Origin: Ministeria vibrans ATCC 50519
Lineage: Eukaryota > Protista > Filasterea
Direction: 5' to 3'
Assembly: GCA_943704425.1 (NCBI GenBank)
Contig: CALSCP010002362.1
Location: 21,053 to 85,052, forward strand
Length of the DNA stretch: 64,000 nucleotides
In this document: one piece after another, positions 37,587 through 49,610 of the stretch
Layout: the number at the start of each line of letters is the position of its first letter
How positions within the stretch are numbered: position 1 is the first letter of the stretch
The notes under the pieces: generated by a model
Seen by the model: the letters and a program-made list of their open reading frames with translations, nothing else
What the model was told of the DNA's origin: nothing
The model's database searches: none
Translations under genes and position numbers: made by a program

Positions 37587-40199
37587 TTACGTCTTCTTCT
37601 TCGAAATCTTGCGCCCCTTTGCCGTCGTCGTCTTTGTTCGCTTTTGACGCGAGACGCCGGCCGTCGCAGCTCGATAGTTGATACCTTGATCATCAAGAAA
37701 GTCCGCGAGCGCCACCAGACCACAGCGGACACCGGCGCGCTCCTTGAGCACACGTTGAATGTCGCGCAGCTCAAGCGGCTGGTACATGAGTATTTTCTCA
37801 TATAGCTCGTCACACTGCCTCACTGCCATAGCTAGTCGACGTGTCATACGCTCTTCTTTGCTCAACAACGCACCGGCATCGTCAACCCCATCGCTCTCCA
37901 CACCACCGACATCTTCGTCTTCCGAACCCATCTCGAGCAGGTTGTCTGCCACCCCGTCCGACATGGCATCGCTGTCGCCGCACATGGAACTTGCCACGCT
38001 CGACTGACTTGCCATGTTATCCTCACCCTGCGTACCCCCCCCTCCTCCTCCTCCTCCTCCTCCACGACCACCAAAGATGGACGCAAAGTGGCGATGTTCT
38101 GCCTCATGCGCAGACTGCTCTCGTGCCAGTTCGCGCTGGCTCGCTCGCGCATACGCACTCAACTCAATCAATTTAGCCACCATGACCTTGCGTCCACCAC
38201 GCATTGTCCGCATCCCAAACTTACGCAAGCGAATAGTCAATTCAGGCGTCGTCATGCGTCCAAATCCATCTACATCTCTCTCTCCCTCCTCCTCCTCCTC
38301 CTCGTCGCCGCCGTCGTCGTCGTCGTCGACAGCTTCCGCGGCAGTGCGTTTTTGTCCTCTTCCTTCGTCCATCAATTCCACCTCATCGTTATCATCAATG
38401 TCGTCATCATCATTATCATCAATACCCCGCTGCATCATCATCATCTCTTCCATCGTCTCCACCTGGTAGTACGGCTGCAAAACATCGCCGCCCTCCTCAC
38501 AACCGCCCGTCACCACTGCCCCGCACGCCAGCATCAGATCATCATCATCATCATCATCGTCCTCATCCGGCTTGTATCCATCCTCATTGCATTCAGTGAC
38601 ACCGCCCACCGCTTCATCATCATCAGACACTGCTACTGTTGGTTCCATTCGCTCCTGACCATTCTCCTTGTCACTACTCTCCACAAGAGTCGTTCTTCTT
38701 GTCTCAAACAAGTCTCGACTCGCTTCGTCGTCCTCTTCCTCAAGCCACGCACGTCTCTCAACACCCTCAACAGTCTCTCGCTTCCCTTCCACAACCTCCA
38801 CCGAAGCACTCAGTGACGAGCTACTCCCGCAACTATCCACTCGAATGGCAGTCGGAGTTTTCTCCGCGTCCTCTTCCTTCTCCCCTTCCCCTCCTTCATC
38901 CTCATTTGCTGCACGCTCACCTTCGTTGGCTGCATGTAGCAGTCGTTCGTTTCGCTCCCTCTCCAGTCGACGCATTGTGTTGGCAAATGTCTGATGTGCC
39001 TCTGCGACTGTCGCGGCCAAAAGCTCACGCGCCACACGTGTCTCCTCCTCGAAGATACATTGTATCTCTTGACGCTCTGGACACAGTTCGCGTTCAAATG
39101 TGGGCAACAGGCCCGTCACATAAAACTGTTGCGGTCCATCAGGCTGTTGCGCTGCCAGTGTCCACAGCGACATGTCACTGCAACCGTTTTCGTCTGCTCG
39201 GCGATGCGGCGTGGTGTAGTCGAGACGGCTTGGCGGCATGGGCGGCGTTTGTAACTCGTCGTCATCGTTGTCACTGTTGCTTCGACGCACTTTAACAACA
39301 CTCGACTCGAGTGCGGCCGCTGCACGTATCTGTACTTTGCGGTCTAGCTCGGAGGGGGTACGGGTGAGCAGTGGTGGGGGTGTCCGGTCGCGTCCTCCAG
39401 CAGCGCTGCGACGTGTGGAAATCCGACCACGAGCACTGACACCACGAGTGCTGCTGCTGCTGCTTGCCACCGCTGAACGCCACCGTCCTCGTCCACCGCC
39501 GCGAGCCTCGTTACAACCAATCGTGTCTGTTGTGACAGTCGCAGTGCTCAGTGTCACCGAAGTGGTGCGATCCACACCGGCGGCCACCTCGAGACGGCGC
39601 TGCTCTGACGTTCGACCATGTCGGTCCACAAGCGACGCACTGAGTGCCATTCCCACCTGAAGACTTTCGTCAGGGACACGCGATCCACGACGCGGACGTT
39701 TTCCCGATGCACCACTCGATGCGACACGTGTGGCGCCGGGGCTGGAGCGCACTGGGGTGAGGGTCGTTTGTACGAGCATGCGTGCTGCCTCTTGCTCGAT
39801 TTGTCGTAGAATACCCACAAGACGAGTGGTCGATACATTGTGTGCGAGACCGCACCGTTTTATGTGCGCCGCACGCGCCCGTCGATCGAGATCGTTCAAT
39901 CGAGTGTCGCACAACGGACAGAGGGGCGCCTCGGTGCCCGGACGGGCAGCACCAGCGGGAGTGTTGTCGGCGGAGGCGTAGCACGCAGCCAAGTGCTGAG
40001 CCCGTTCGTCGTCGTCGCGCAGCAGACGCAAGTCAATGGCACAAATTTCGCAACGCGCAGACGGAGTGAGCGGTTTGGAGGGGGTGCCAGGGGTTTGCGA
40101 AACGTCCCGTCTTCGATCCAAACACGCATTCACATGATCCTCACGCGCCTTGTCTCCTGCCACGGGTTTCAAATCCAGCGAACAGACAGGACACACCAC
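37587..40199 (-). CDS. SLX4: Structure-specific endonuclease scaffold SLX4 (intronless)
   Basis: N-terminal UBZ4-like fingers (CPVC..HVNACLD; CEIC..HLAAC; CPLC..HIKRC), LQVGMALSASL, SAP-like MTTPELTIRLRKFGMR..MVAKLIEL, C-terminal LYEKILMYQPLEL...LADFLDDQGINY. Confidence 0.88.
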   Translation of the reverse strand: MVCPVCSLDLKPVAGDKAREDHVNACLDRRRDVSQTPGTPSKPLTPSARCEICAIDLRLLRDDDERAQHLAACYASADNTPAGAARPGTEAPLCPLCDTRLNDLDRRARAAHIKRCGLAHNVSTTRLVGILRQIEQEAARMLVQTTLTPVRSSPGATRVASSGASGKRPRRGSRVPDESLQVGMALSASLVDRHGRTSEQRRLEVAAGVDRTTSVTLSTATVTTDTIGCNEARGGGRGRWRSAVASSSSSTRGVSARGRISTRRSAAGGRDRTPPPLLTRTPSELDRKVQIRAAAALESSVVKVRRSNSDNDDDELQTPPMPPSRLDYTTPHRRADENGCSDMSLWTLAAQQPDGPQQFYVTGLLPTFERELCPERQEIQCIFEEETRVARELLAATVAEAHQTFANTMRRLERERNERLLHAANEGERAANEDEGGEGEKEEDAEKTPTAIRVDSCGSSSSLSASVEVVEGKRETVEGVERRAWLEEEDDEASRDLFETRRTTLVESSDKENGQERMEPTVAVSDDDEAVGGVTECNEDGYKPDEDDDDDDDDLMLACGAVVTGGCEEGGDVLQPYYQVETMEEMMMMQRGIDDNDDDDIDDNDEVELMDEGRGQKRTAAEAVDDDDDGGDEEEEEEGERDVDGFGRMTTPELTIRLRKFGMRTMRGGRKVMVAKLIELSAYARASQRELAREQSAHEAEHRHFASIFGGRGGGGGGGGGGTQGEDNMASQSSVASSMCGDSDAMSDGVADNLLEMGSEDEDVGGVESDGVDDAGALLSKEERMTRRLAMAVRQCDELYEKILMYQPLELRDIQRVLKERAGVRCGLVALADFLDDQGINYRAATAGVSRQKRTKTTTAKGRKISKKKT

Positions 40200-40340
40200 A
40201 ATGGAAGAGGCGCTCGACGTGTGGACGACGTGGTTCTCTTCGTCCGATGTGGCGGTCCTGTTTGCGTTTGTCGTGTCCGCTAAACACCCGACGGGCGACG
40301 GTTCAAAAGGAGAACGAGGCGGAGAGAGCGCTGATACCGA

Positions 40341-40391
40341 NNNNNNNNNNNNNNNNNNNNNNNNNNNNNNNNNNNNNNNNNNNNNNNNNNN
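40341..40391. other. Assembly gap
   Basis: Run of N. Confidence 1.
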
Positions 40392-40756
40392 TTAACTCAG
40401 AACGTCTTCTTCTGCTCGCCGCGCAACACGTGTTAGTCTGGTGTTAAATAAGTTAATCCCGTTATATTGCATTGAACAGCAAACTGTATAAAACATGTAA
40501 ATCGTAGCCTAATACTGCTTTCTAAAGTTTGCTTCCATTGACAAGCCGGCTCCTTTTGACATTGGAACGTGTGTACATATAAACAGTTTTGCGTCTCTCT
40601 CATTCCGCTCTATCTCAATCTCTTTGTTCTCTCACGCTGTCACTCTCGCTCACTCCGTCGCTCTCTCTCTGTCTCTCTGTCTGTCTCTGTCAGTCTCTCC
40701 CCCCCCCTCTCTCTGTGTGTGTGTCTGTCTCTGTCTCTCTTCGTCGGGTGAAAAGA

Positions 40757-41179
40757 CTACTTTCCGGCGGCAGCCTTGGCCTCAAGCTTGGCCTTGAGTG
40801 CCGCAGCATCTCTGAAAAAACATATACAGTTCATCACCACTTTTCCACCTGGCTCGTGTGTCTCGCTTCTTACCGCTCCTTCCGCTGCAGCGGGGTCAAT
40901 CCCTTGTTCTTGTCTGTATCCGCCGCAGCAGTACCTTTGGATCCCTGTGCACGACAACAGAACACAGACAGTTGAGGTTAAACAGCCCATTTCACGATGA
41001 CGCGTGCATCAGCATCCATGTGCCATATCAGCAGGCTCATTCTAGTGACAGTCGCAGCTGACTGCGACGAAGAGGAACGCGGGAAGAGTGCGCAGGAAAG
41101 GAAATCGTGTTTTCTCACTTACCGCCTTCTTCTGCGCCTTTTCACGAGCAATATCACGCTGATTACCACCTGCAGCCAT
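40757..41179 (-). CDS. SERF: SERF/4F5-family small EDRK-rich protein (3 exons)
   Basis: Spliced product MAAGGNQRDIAREKAQKKA|GSKGTAAADTDKNKGLTPLQRKER|DAAALKAKLEAKAAAGK*. Confidence 0.88.
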
Positions 41180-41483
41180 AGAGATACGAGGGACAAGAAG
41201 AAAGAAGCGCAAGAGGGTGTGAGAGAGGCGCAAATGAATCGTTTTGACGTACGAGCCATTGTAAGAAAGAAAATAAAGAATCTAGGGGTGTTTTGACGGT
41301 GGTCACTGGTCAAGGGACTGAAATAGAAGAGAAGATCAGGCGAATGAAGTGTTTAATCTTTAATGAAAAAACTTTTTTTTGAATTCCCAATAACTCAATT
41401 GTCATAAGTATTGGGAATTTTTGGCATTCTCTCTCTTTTCAGTGATCAGTCTTTCTTTTAGCCAGTTATTTGTGTCTACGTCA

Positions 41484-42353
41484 ATGGGTACCCTGTTTGC
41501 ACGCCCTGCCGCCCCCCATGCGGGCGGCGTCAGTGTTTCTGCGCACGACCGAGCGGTTCTCGACTTGAAAGTTCAACGCGACAAGTTGCGCAAATTTCAG
41601 AAGCAAATGGAGTCAGCATTGGAGACGGATAAGGAAATGGCCAGGCGGGCGTTGCGGGATAACAAGAAAGCCATGGTACGTGGAGAAAAAGGAGTTTTTG
41701 AAGGGAGAAAGGGGGTTTTCTCGATGTGTCGACAGTGCTCGCCAATGCAGCCCTCAAACGGCGCGACTGTCCCCTCCCCCCTCCTCCTGTGTAGGCAAAG
41801 TGTCTGCTGGCGAGAAGAAAGTACCGACAGGGTCTGCTGGAGAAGACGGAAGGGCAGATATTGGAGCTTGAAGAGATGGTATGTATGGGATGGCGGTGGA
41901 GCTGAAGTGTTGCTCGCCGTCGCCACAGAAGCCTCAACGCCTGTTTTTCGTTTGGTTCTCGTCTGACAGGTGGGCACCATTGAGTTCTCTCTTATCCAGC
42001 AAAAGGTGTTGGATGGCCTCAAGACAGGCAACGACACGCTCAAGGAGATCCAGTCGCAAATGACTGTGGAGGACGCAGAGCGCATCATGGCCGACACACA
42101 GGATGCCAAAGACTACCTCAACGAAATCGATGCCATTCTTGCGACAAAACTGTCCCCGGACGAAGATGCAGCCATTGTCGAGGAACTCGAGGCACTTGTT
42201 GCCGCTCAAGTCGCCGCACAGATGCCCGCAGTGCCAGCCGACGAACCTCTGCCGACCGAGCCGACGGAGGAGCAACAGGACGAAGTCGAGTCGACTCAAC
42301 AACAGCAACAACGACAACAGCGGGAGGCCGAACCTGTCCTGGTGGCTGCCTGA
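41484..42353 (+). CDS. CHMP6: ESCRT-III subunit CHMP6/Vps20 (3 exons)
   Basis: Myristoylation-type MGTLF, VSAHDRAVLDLKVQRDKLRKFQ, IEFSLIQQKVLDGLKTGNDTLKEI, MPAVP MIM2-like. Confidence 0.94.
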
Positions 42354-42838
42354 GTCTATAGTTATTGTACAATTCAATTCAATTCTTTTTGATGATACGT
42401 TTTTTTTGAGCATAGCAAACTATCCAGTCTCAACAAAACGTCTGACAAAACTCACTGTAAGGCTCCAGATTACTATGTAAAATAATTTGGGTAGTAAATG
42501 GTAATTCCGTTTTTACCTACGTAACTTCACTTTCACTCAGAATATAATATTAATTTTACTATTTTTGAGAATAATAATTATTATTTATTCACGCAATCTT
42601 GGGCAAAGAAAATTATCGGCCAAGAGAGTAAATTCGCTTTGATTTCCCTAATTTTGCCTGACCTGCACACTCCACTGCAGTGAATGCACTGCAAAGAGAC
42701 CCAAACCACTGTACTTGTTTGATAATAGCAGTTATAATAATAACTATTAATTTATTAATATTATTTTCGACACTTTCACTTTTTACTTTAATACTTTTTC
42801 CTAATAATAAATTATTTATCTTTCTTTTCTTCTTGACC

Positions 42839-45115
42839 ATGAGTAGCTTAAGATGGGGAATTCTCGCCACGGGGCGAATTTGCCAGGATTTTGTGATTGG
42901 TATGAGGAGAACATACTGCGCTGACAAGTGATGTTGACAGTGCAGCTGTTTATTTTTTCTCTTCTCCCGCAGCACAAAAGAGCAATCCCAACGGATGTCC
43001 GCCGATCACGGCTGTCGGAGGACGCAGTCTTGAGAGTGCCAAGGCGTTTGCCGAGAAAATGGGGATTGAACACGCGTATGGGAGCTATGAGGAGCTCGCA
43101 GCATCGCCGCACGTCGACGTGGTGTATGTGGGCACGCTGCACCCGCACCACCACGCAGCCATGCTGGTGTGTCTGCGTCAGGGAAAGCACGTGCTGTGCG
43201 AGAAGCCCTTCTGCATGAATGCGCGCGAGACGCGTGAGGTGATGGACGAGGCGAAGAAGCGCAACCTCTTTGTCATGGAGGCGATGTGGTCGCGCTTCTT
43301 TCCGGCCTCAGCGAAAATACGCGAGCTTATTGCGTCGGGAACGCTGGGCAAGGTGACTATGGTGCAAGCGGTAAGACAATGAAATGGACGGAAGGTGCAG
43401 CCAGACTGAAGGGTGTCCTTGAGAATAGGATTTTGGATTTTTTGACGAGACGACTCCGCGCTTGCACGACGCTAAACTGGGCGGCGGTGCGCTTCTTGAC
43501 ATTGGCATCTATCCACTGGCACTGGCAAGTATGGTGTATGGAGGAGCAATGCCCGAGGTGTCGGCTCGAGGGACGCTGACCTCAGAGGTACATGAGCAGC
43601 GAGAGGAGTGCGAGAAGAGAACAAAATAATAGGGGGTTTTTCTTGATAGGGAGTTGACAATCACCTGGGGATGGTGCTGGACTACGGGTCAGGCCAACTG
43701 GCGATGCTTACGTGCTCGCTCACGTCCGACTACTTTCCTTGCGAGGCTCGAATTGTCGGGACAAAGGGCCACATTAAGATCTCAGGCAACTTTTGGTGTC
43801 CGACGGATTTGGTTCATGTACACGGAACCGACTCAGAGCGCAAAGAAGACCACTTTGACTTTCCGCTGCCCGAACCGTATAGAACGACAAAAAGAAAAAG
43901 AAAGGAGGGAACAATGGAGAGGGCGAGAGCGAGGGCGACAGAGAGACTGAGAAAGAAAGACGGAGACTAGGAGAGAAGTAGAGAGGGAGGGAGAAGCACA
44001 AAGTTGTGTTTGAGAAAGACGGAGACAAGGAAAGAAGTAGAGAGGGAGGGAGAAGCACAAAGCTGTGTTGGAGAAAGACGGAGACAAGGAGAGAAGTAGA
44101 GAGGGAGGGAGAAGCACAAAGTTGTGTTTGAGAAAGACGGAGACAAGGAGAGAAATAGAGAGGGAGGGAGAAACACAAAGTTGTGTTTGAGAAAGACGGA
44201 GACAAGGAGAGAAGTAGAGAGGGAGGGAGAAGCACAACGCTGTGTTGGAGAAAGACGGAGACAAGGAGAGAAGTAGAGAGGGAGGGAGAAGCACAAAGTT
44301 GTGTTTGAGAAAGACGGAGACAAGGAGAGAAATAGAGAGGGAGGGAGAAACACAAAGTTGTGTTTGAGAAAGACGGAGACAAGGAGAGAAGTAGAGAGGG
44401 AGGGAGAAGCACAAAGCTGTGTTGGAGAAAGACGGAGACAAGGAGAGAAGTAGAGAGGGAGGGAGAAGCACAAAGTTGTGTTTGAGAAAGACGGAGACAA
44501 GGAGAGAAATAGAGAGGGAGGGAGAAACACAAAGTTGTGTTTGAGAAAGACGGAGACAAGGAGAGAAGTAGAGAGGGAGGGAGAAGCACAAAGCTGTGTT
44601 GGAGAAAGACGGAGACAAGGAGAGAAGTAGAGAGGGAGGGAGAAGCACAAAGTTGTGTTTGAGAAAGACGGAGACAAGGAGAGAAATAGAGAGGGAGGGA
44701 GACAGGAAGAGAAGAACAAAGATGTGATAGAGAAAGAAGAGAAATAGGGATGGAGAGGGGGAGAGAAGAACAAAGACGTGATAGAGGGAAAACAAAGTAA
44801 GAGAGATGGCTGTGTCTCATACGCTCTGCTTGTTGTTGTAGTGTGATGCCTCTGATATTCACAAACTCTCAGGGTTTTATGTTTGAAGCGGAGCACGTAA
44901 TGTTCATCACAAACAAATAAGACGTGTTCCCTTTTTTGACTTGGTTGTTCCGCTTCGCACACACATACATCTTTTGCGTTTAGGTGACGAGCATGATTGA
45001 CTCTGGCGCGATTGAAAGCCCTCTGATGCCACTCTCGGAGACACTTAATCTCGCGCGAACTATGGATTGCATTCGCTCACAGATCAATGTGATTTATCCT
45101 GCTGATTCACTTTGA
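42839..45115 (+). CDS. DHDH: Dihydrodiol/D-xylose dehydrogenase (Gfo/Idh/MocA family; multi-exon)
   Basis: [82 protein letters not shown]. Confidence 0.93.
43953..44700. repeat. Intronic minisatellite, 59-bp unit, ~12-13 copies with 3-unit higher-order periodicity
   Basis: Unit gagaaagacggagacaaggagagaagtagagagggagggagaagcacaaagttgtgttt. Confidence 0.95.
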
Positions 45116-45172
45116 GGAATTTGTTGGGAAGGCTTCGTCTCTTTTATCTTTTTCTCACTTTTTTTTGTACTG

Positions 45173-47696
45173 TTACAATTGTTCACATTGGTATTTGGCA
45201 AAGGAACGCAATTCGGCATTAACATCGAGATGGAAAGGGAGTTGGTTAAGCAGTGCTAGTCCCTCAATCACTTCTCTCATGCGAGTCCTATCACACAAAC
45301 GAAACGGTTCACTTTACGCTATTCTCTATCACTTTGTCTTATCTCTCTACCACTTTGCTTTTCTCTCTATCACTCACTCTCGCTCTATATGTCGCTTTGG
45401 TTTGACTTACGTCCGAATGTACGCCCACGGGTGGTAGAGACGCTCAACGAGCTGATGTGCATCGGCAAGAAGATTGCACCACAGGTAAAGGCGATGTTGG
45501 TTGAGGGCGGAGCACACGAGCGCGCGCCACTTGGTGTCCTGCGTACGCTTGTACGGGTCATGTGTGTCGTCAATGGCCCATACCGCCGCCAAAAGAGACT
45601 CGCGGATGCCCATGGAGGCACTGCCACTATCAACACTACTATTGTGGAGGGCGCGCTTGCGTTTGCGTTTGAGTCCCGCCGGTGAGCGCATTTCCCGTTG
45701 TGTGGCAGGCTCGGCTGTCGTCACCAGTGCACTCATGTCGCCCTCATCGCTCCTCTCCTGCTCAAACGCAAGTGACAACCGCTGTGCTGGTGCGCCTAAC
45801 AAACAAACAAAAAAAAACACACAAACACACACCCGTCACAGGGATCAGTTGGTTGAATTGAAAAAAAGGATTAGTTTGATTGTTTTTTTGTATGTGTTTG
45901 GTTACGAATGAACGAGTCGCCGTCTTCGCAATGATAGAACACCTGAAATGTATCATAGGCATGTCCACTACACACGCGCGCAAAATAAAATAAAAAATAA
46001 AATAAAATTTAATAAAAACGAACAGTCATCTACCTTTCGTTGAGTTTACCTCTTTTTCAGACCGTGTGCAAAGAGCACGGCCAAATGCAGAGCAAGTTCA
46101 GAGCGCACGAGACGCGCGGGATCGGCCGACCAGTGAGAGCCCACAAAAACCGCACTGCGACGACTTGTTGTACTGTCTCGTGTACGAATGTGCACTTCAG
46201 TTGTTGTGTCAGTGTCGTCCAGCGCGGTCGTGTCACTGAGACCCATTGCGAGTGCGTGCAATGGCTGATCGGGACGCCTCTCTCTTGACCCCCCCTGCCA
46301 CCTTTCCTCCTCCTCTTCTTCTTCTTTTACGTCTTCTTCATCCTCCTCCTCTTCAAAATCATCAACGAGCAGTGCTACAATGCGCTCGCAAGTGTCGTGC
46401 AGTTGGTCCACACGTTCGCGCATCAGTGACGCGTTTGGCGGGAACAGGGCCCCTGCAGCTGCACGTGCACTTACCCGCACTCGGTTGAGCTCCGCCACTC
46501 GTGCATGATCCACCTTTCCAGAACCTTCCACAACACCAGCACCAGCACTTGCCGCATTCTGCTTCTTCTGTCTTTTCTTCTTGCTTTTACGCTTGCTGCC
46601 CTCCCGTTCGCTCATGGCCACTGCCGTGTAACTTCCGCGCCCAGAACCCCCGTAGGACGATGACGAGTATGGCTGGTAGCTACAAAGACAGCCGCTAAAG
46701 AGTCCCGTCCAGCGCGACAGAAGAGACGACAAGGCACCGGTGGGGGATTGTTGTGATGAGGGACGCAACGAGTCGTCGAGCGAGCGATCGTTGTGGTGTA
46801 GTTGCTCTTGCATAAACGCAATGAACCGCTCCAAGTCCTCGCCCTGTTGTTGCAACTGCCTCGTGAGTTGCTCCGAGTCGCCCCGTTGCGACGACATTTC
46901 TTCGATGGCGTCGTTGATGTCACGTCGCAACTCGTCGGCCGTCACACAATTGAGGTCGTCAACCCGCACATGCAAACTCCCACGCAGCTGGTCGATGACA
47001 ATGCGTCGGCGACGCAACGCACGCACATCAACAGTGTTCGCACACGCGTACGACTCCATGGCGCTCAATTGGCTCTCGAGCAGCCACACGAGACGTTCGC
47101 GTTCCTCACGCTGAAACACTGCTATGTTGTCACAACCGCTACTGCCACTGCCGCTCGCCTGTCGTCGCACCGGCGACGGCGGGCTCGACGTGGACGCAGT
47201 GCTATTGTCACAGGCGGTCAGGGCGTAGTGCTGCAGCTCTTGGAGCATGCGCGATCGCTCGTGTTCGTCGGGAGTCTGCATGATCTGCTGAATGCGAAAT
47301 TGAACTTGCGAAAAGCGCGTCGACAGTCTCAACAGCATCTCGTTGAGCTCGCCCTGTTCCTCTTCAAGTTCCTTCAGACGACGAATCGATGCGCCAACCA
47401 TGGGAGTGGAAGTTGGCGTCAGCGGCAGCGGCGACGGCGACAACGAGTTGCACTCCTAAAAATACCAATAATAATTAACCAATCATTGTGTGAGTGAGTG
47501 AGTAAGTGAGCGACTAAGACACACACACACACACACACATATGTGAGCTGCTTTGGGAAAGACGGCGGGAGGTGGGCTAAGCTTGCTGCATTCGAGCAGA
47601 CGCGGAGGGCTTGGCGACAGACAGAGCAATGCGAACCTTAATGACAGCGGAACTTGCAGAACCACCTCTCGATTCAGGTTGTGGCGACAGTTCCAT
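45173..47696 (-). CDS. RUNDC1: RUN domain-containing protein 1 (multi-exon)
   Basis: LEEEQGELNEMLLRLSTRFSQVQFRIQQI, LTRQLQQQGEDLERFIAFMQ, LVRSELALHLAVLFAHGL, KWRALVCSALNQHRLYLWCNLL..YHPWAY. Confidence 0.87.
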
Positions 47697-48012
47697 TGCC
47701 AAATCCGTTACGGAATAGGCAGGAAAGTGACCGGAGCAAGACAGTGAATAAGATATGTGAAGAAACAAACTGAAACTGAATATATATTTTTTTTTACTTA
47801 AATTATTTTTTTTCTGACGATCTGTGCGGCTGTGCCATTACTTGCCACTAGCTTTCCCCTATTTGCCTCTGTCGTCTTTGGCAACCCTTTCAAGAGACTC
47901 TTTTTTTTGTCACACTCTCACCCAAAAAAAAAAAAAACGAATTCTCGTCCCGATTTTTCGATTTCGAGACTTCTCCCTCGCGCGGTCTTTCGCCAGTGAC
48001 CCTTCTTAACAA

Positions 48013-49195
48013 ATGTCTTGTATCGGGTCCTCCGGGACGAGCGCGTCCGCTGCGCAGAGTGCAAGTTCAAGTCTGAAACGGCCGTTTCGCCAACAGCGTC
48101 GTCCTGCGCCCAGCAGCAACGACAGCGCCCCCGCCGCCGCAGCTGCAGCGCCGGGACACGACGCCGGCGCATCGTCGTCTGCTGCCACGCCTGTGGTCAT
48201 TCTCAGCGATAGTGACGACGACGACGACATTCAACACGTCGATGATAGGAGACAGCCTGTGAAAAAGCGAGCTCGAATTGACCTGACGGCCGACACGGTA
48301 GACTTGACCGAGACCCCCGCACACGGCGGCGGGGGCGGCGGGGGCAACCACGACGACGACGACGACGACGACGACGGAGCCAATATTGAGTACGTGGGCG
48401 AGGAGTCATCGCCCGTTGTACTCACCAGAATCCAACGGCCTGCTACCCGACGTCGTGCACCCCCTCCTCCTCCACCCGTGCCAGTTCGCCCGCAGCCGCG
48501 AGGTCTTCCACTTCGAATGCACATCAATGACAACGATGACGATGATGATGACGAAGAAGATGAGGGCGAAGACCTGCTTGACGTGATTTTCTCTGACGAC
48601 ATGGACGACGTTGACAATGGCGGTGGTGGTGGCGGTGGGCTTTTCAACATGTTCTCTCACATGTTCCACCGTCCCATACGCGCCTTGGCTTCGTTGCCTG
48701 GGGCGGTTCCTCCTCCTCTACCTCCACCCGCCCGTCCTGCCACCCGCATGCAAGACATGCGTCGCAGAAGACCCCTGTCGCGCGGTAGAATGAATATGCC
48801 CGCAAAGAAACCGCCCGCCCCACCGCCTCCCAAGGTATGAAAAGCCCCCTTCTGTTTTTTTTTCTGTTTTTTTATTACTTTTTTTTCTATTAACCACTCA
48901 ATTTTAACGATCTACGACTAAAAACTGACGTGGTTGCCCTTTTTTATTACGTGCTCAGAAACAAGTGGTGGAAGCCAACAAAGAGAAAGGCTTGAGCAAC
49001 GAGAAGATTGGCTCGGGCGGCTTCGAATGTGTTGTGTGTCTTGAGCCACCCACGTCGGTCATGGTTACGACATGCGGTCATGTCTTTTGCGACGAGTGCA
49101 TCCGTGGCGCCATCCGCGTCCGCCACGAGTGTCCTCTCTGTCGCACCCGTCTCTCCCTCAAAAATATTCATCCTCTCTACTTGCCTCAGTCCTAA
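48013..49195 (+). CDS. RNF4: RNF4-like SUMO-targeted RING ubiquitin ligase (2 exons)
   Basis: Tandem SIMs (VVILSDSDDD, IDLT, VDLT, IEYVGEE) plus terminal C3HC4 RING CVVC..TTCGHVFCDECIRGAI..CPLCR..IHPLYL. Confidence 0.82.
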
Positions 49196-49303
49196 AAAAT
49201 AGCTCCTACCTGTAAAATAATTATGGCGCAAGCCTTGTACTTCGCTTCATTGTATCATTTCTTCTCCTTGAGTAAACATTTCACCTCATTTACTTCTAAT
49301 AAT

Positions 49304-49512
<209 letters not shown>

Positions 49513-49610
49513 TTTTTCATGATTGGTCCGAGTGCCACACACCGTGAGCAGTTGTTGAACATAAATATTTATTAAAGGTGTACAGCAGGTGTATGTACAA
49601 TGACGGTGCA

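Noticed and set aside
40945-41120. Possible snoRNA in SERF intron 1
   Set aside because: Only a short hairpin; no clear C/D or H/ACA boxes
43774-44962. Three long minus-strand ORFs (320-362 aa)
   Set aside because: Stop-free translations of the 59-bp minisatellite inside a DHDH intron
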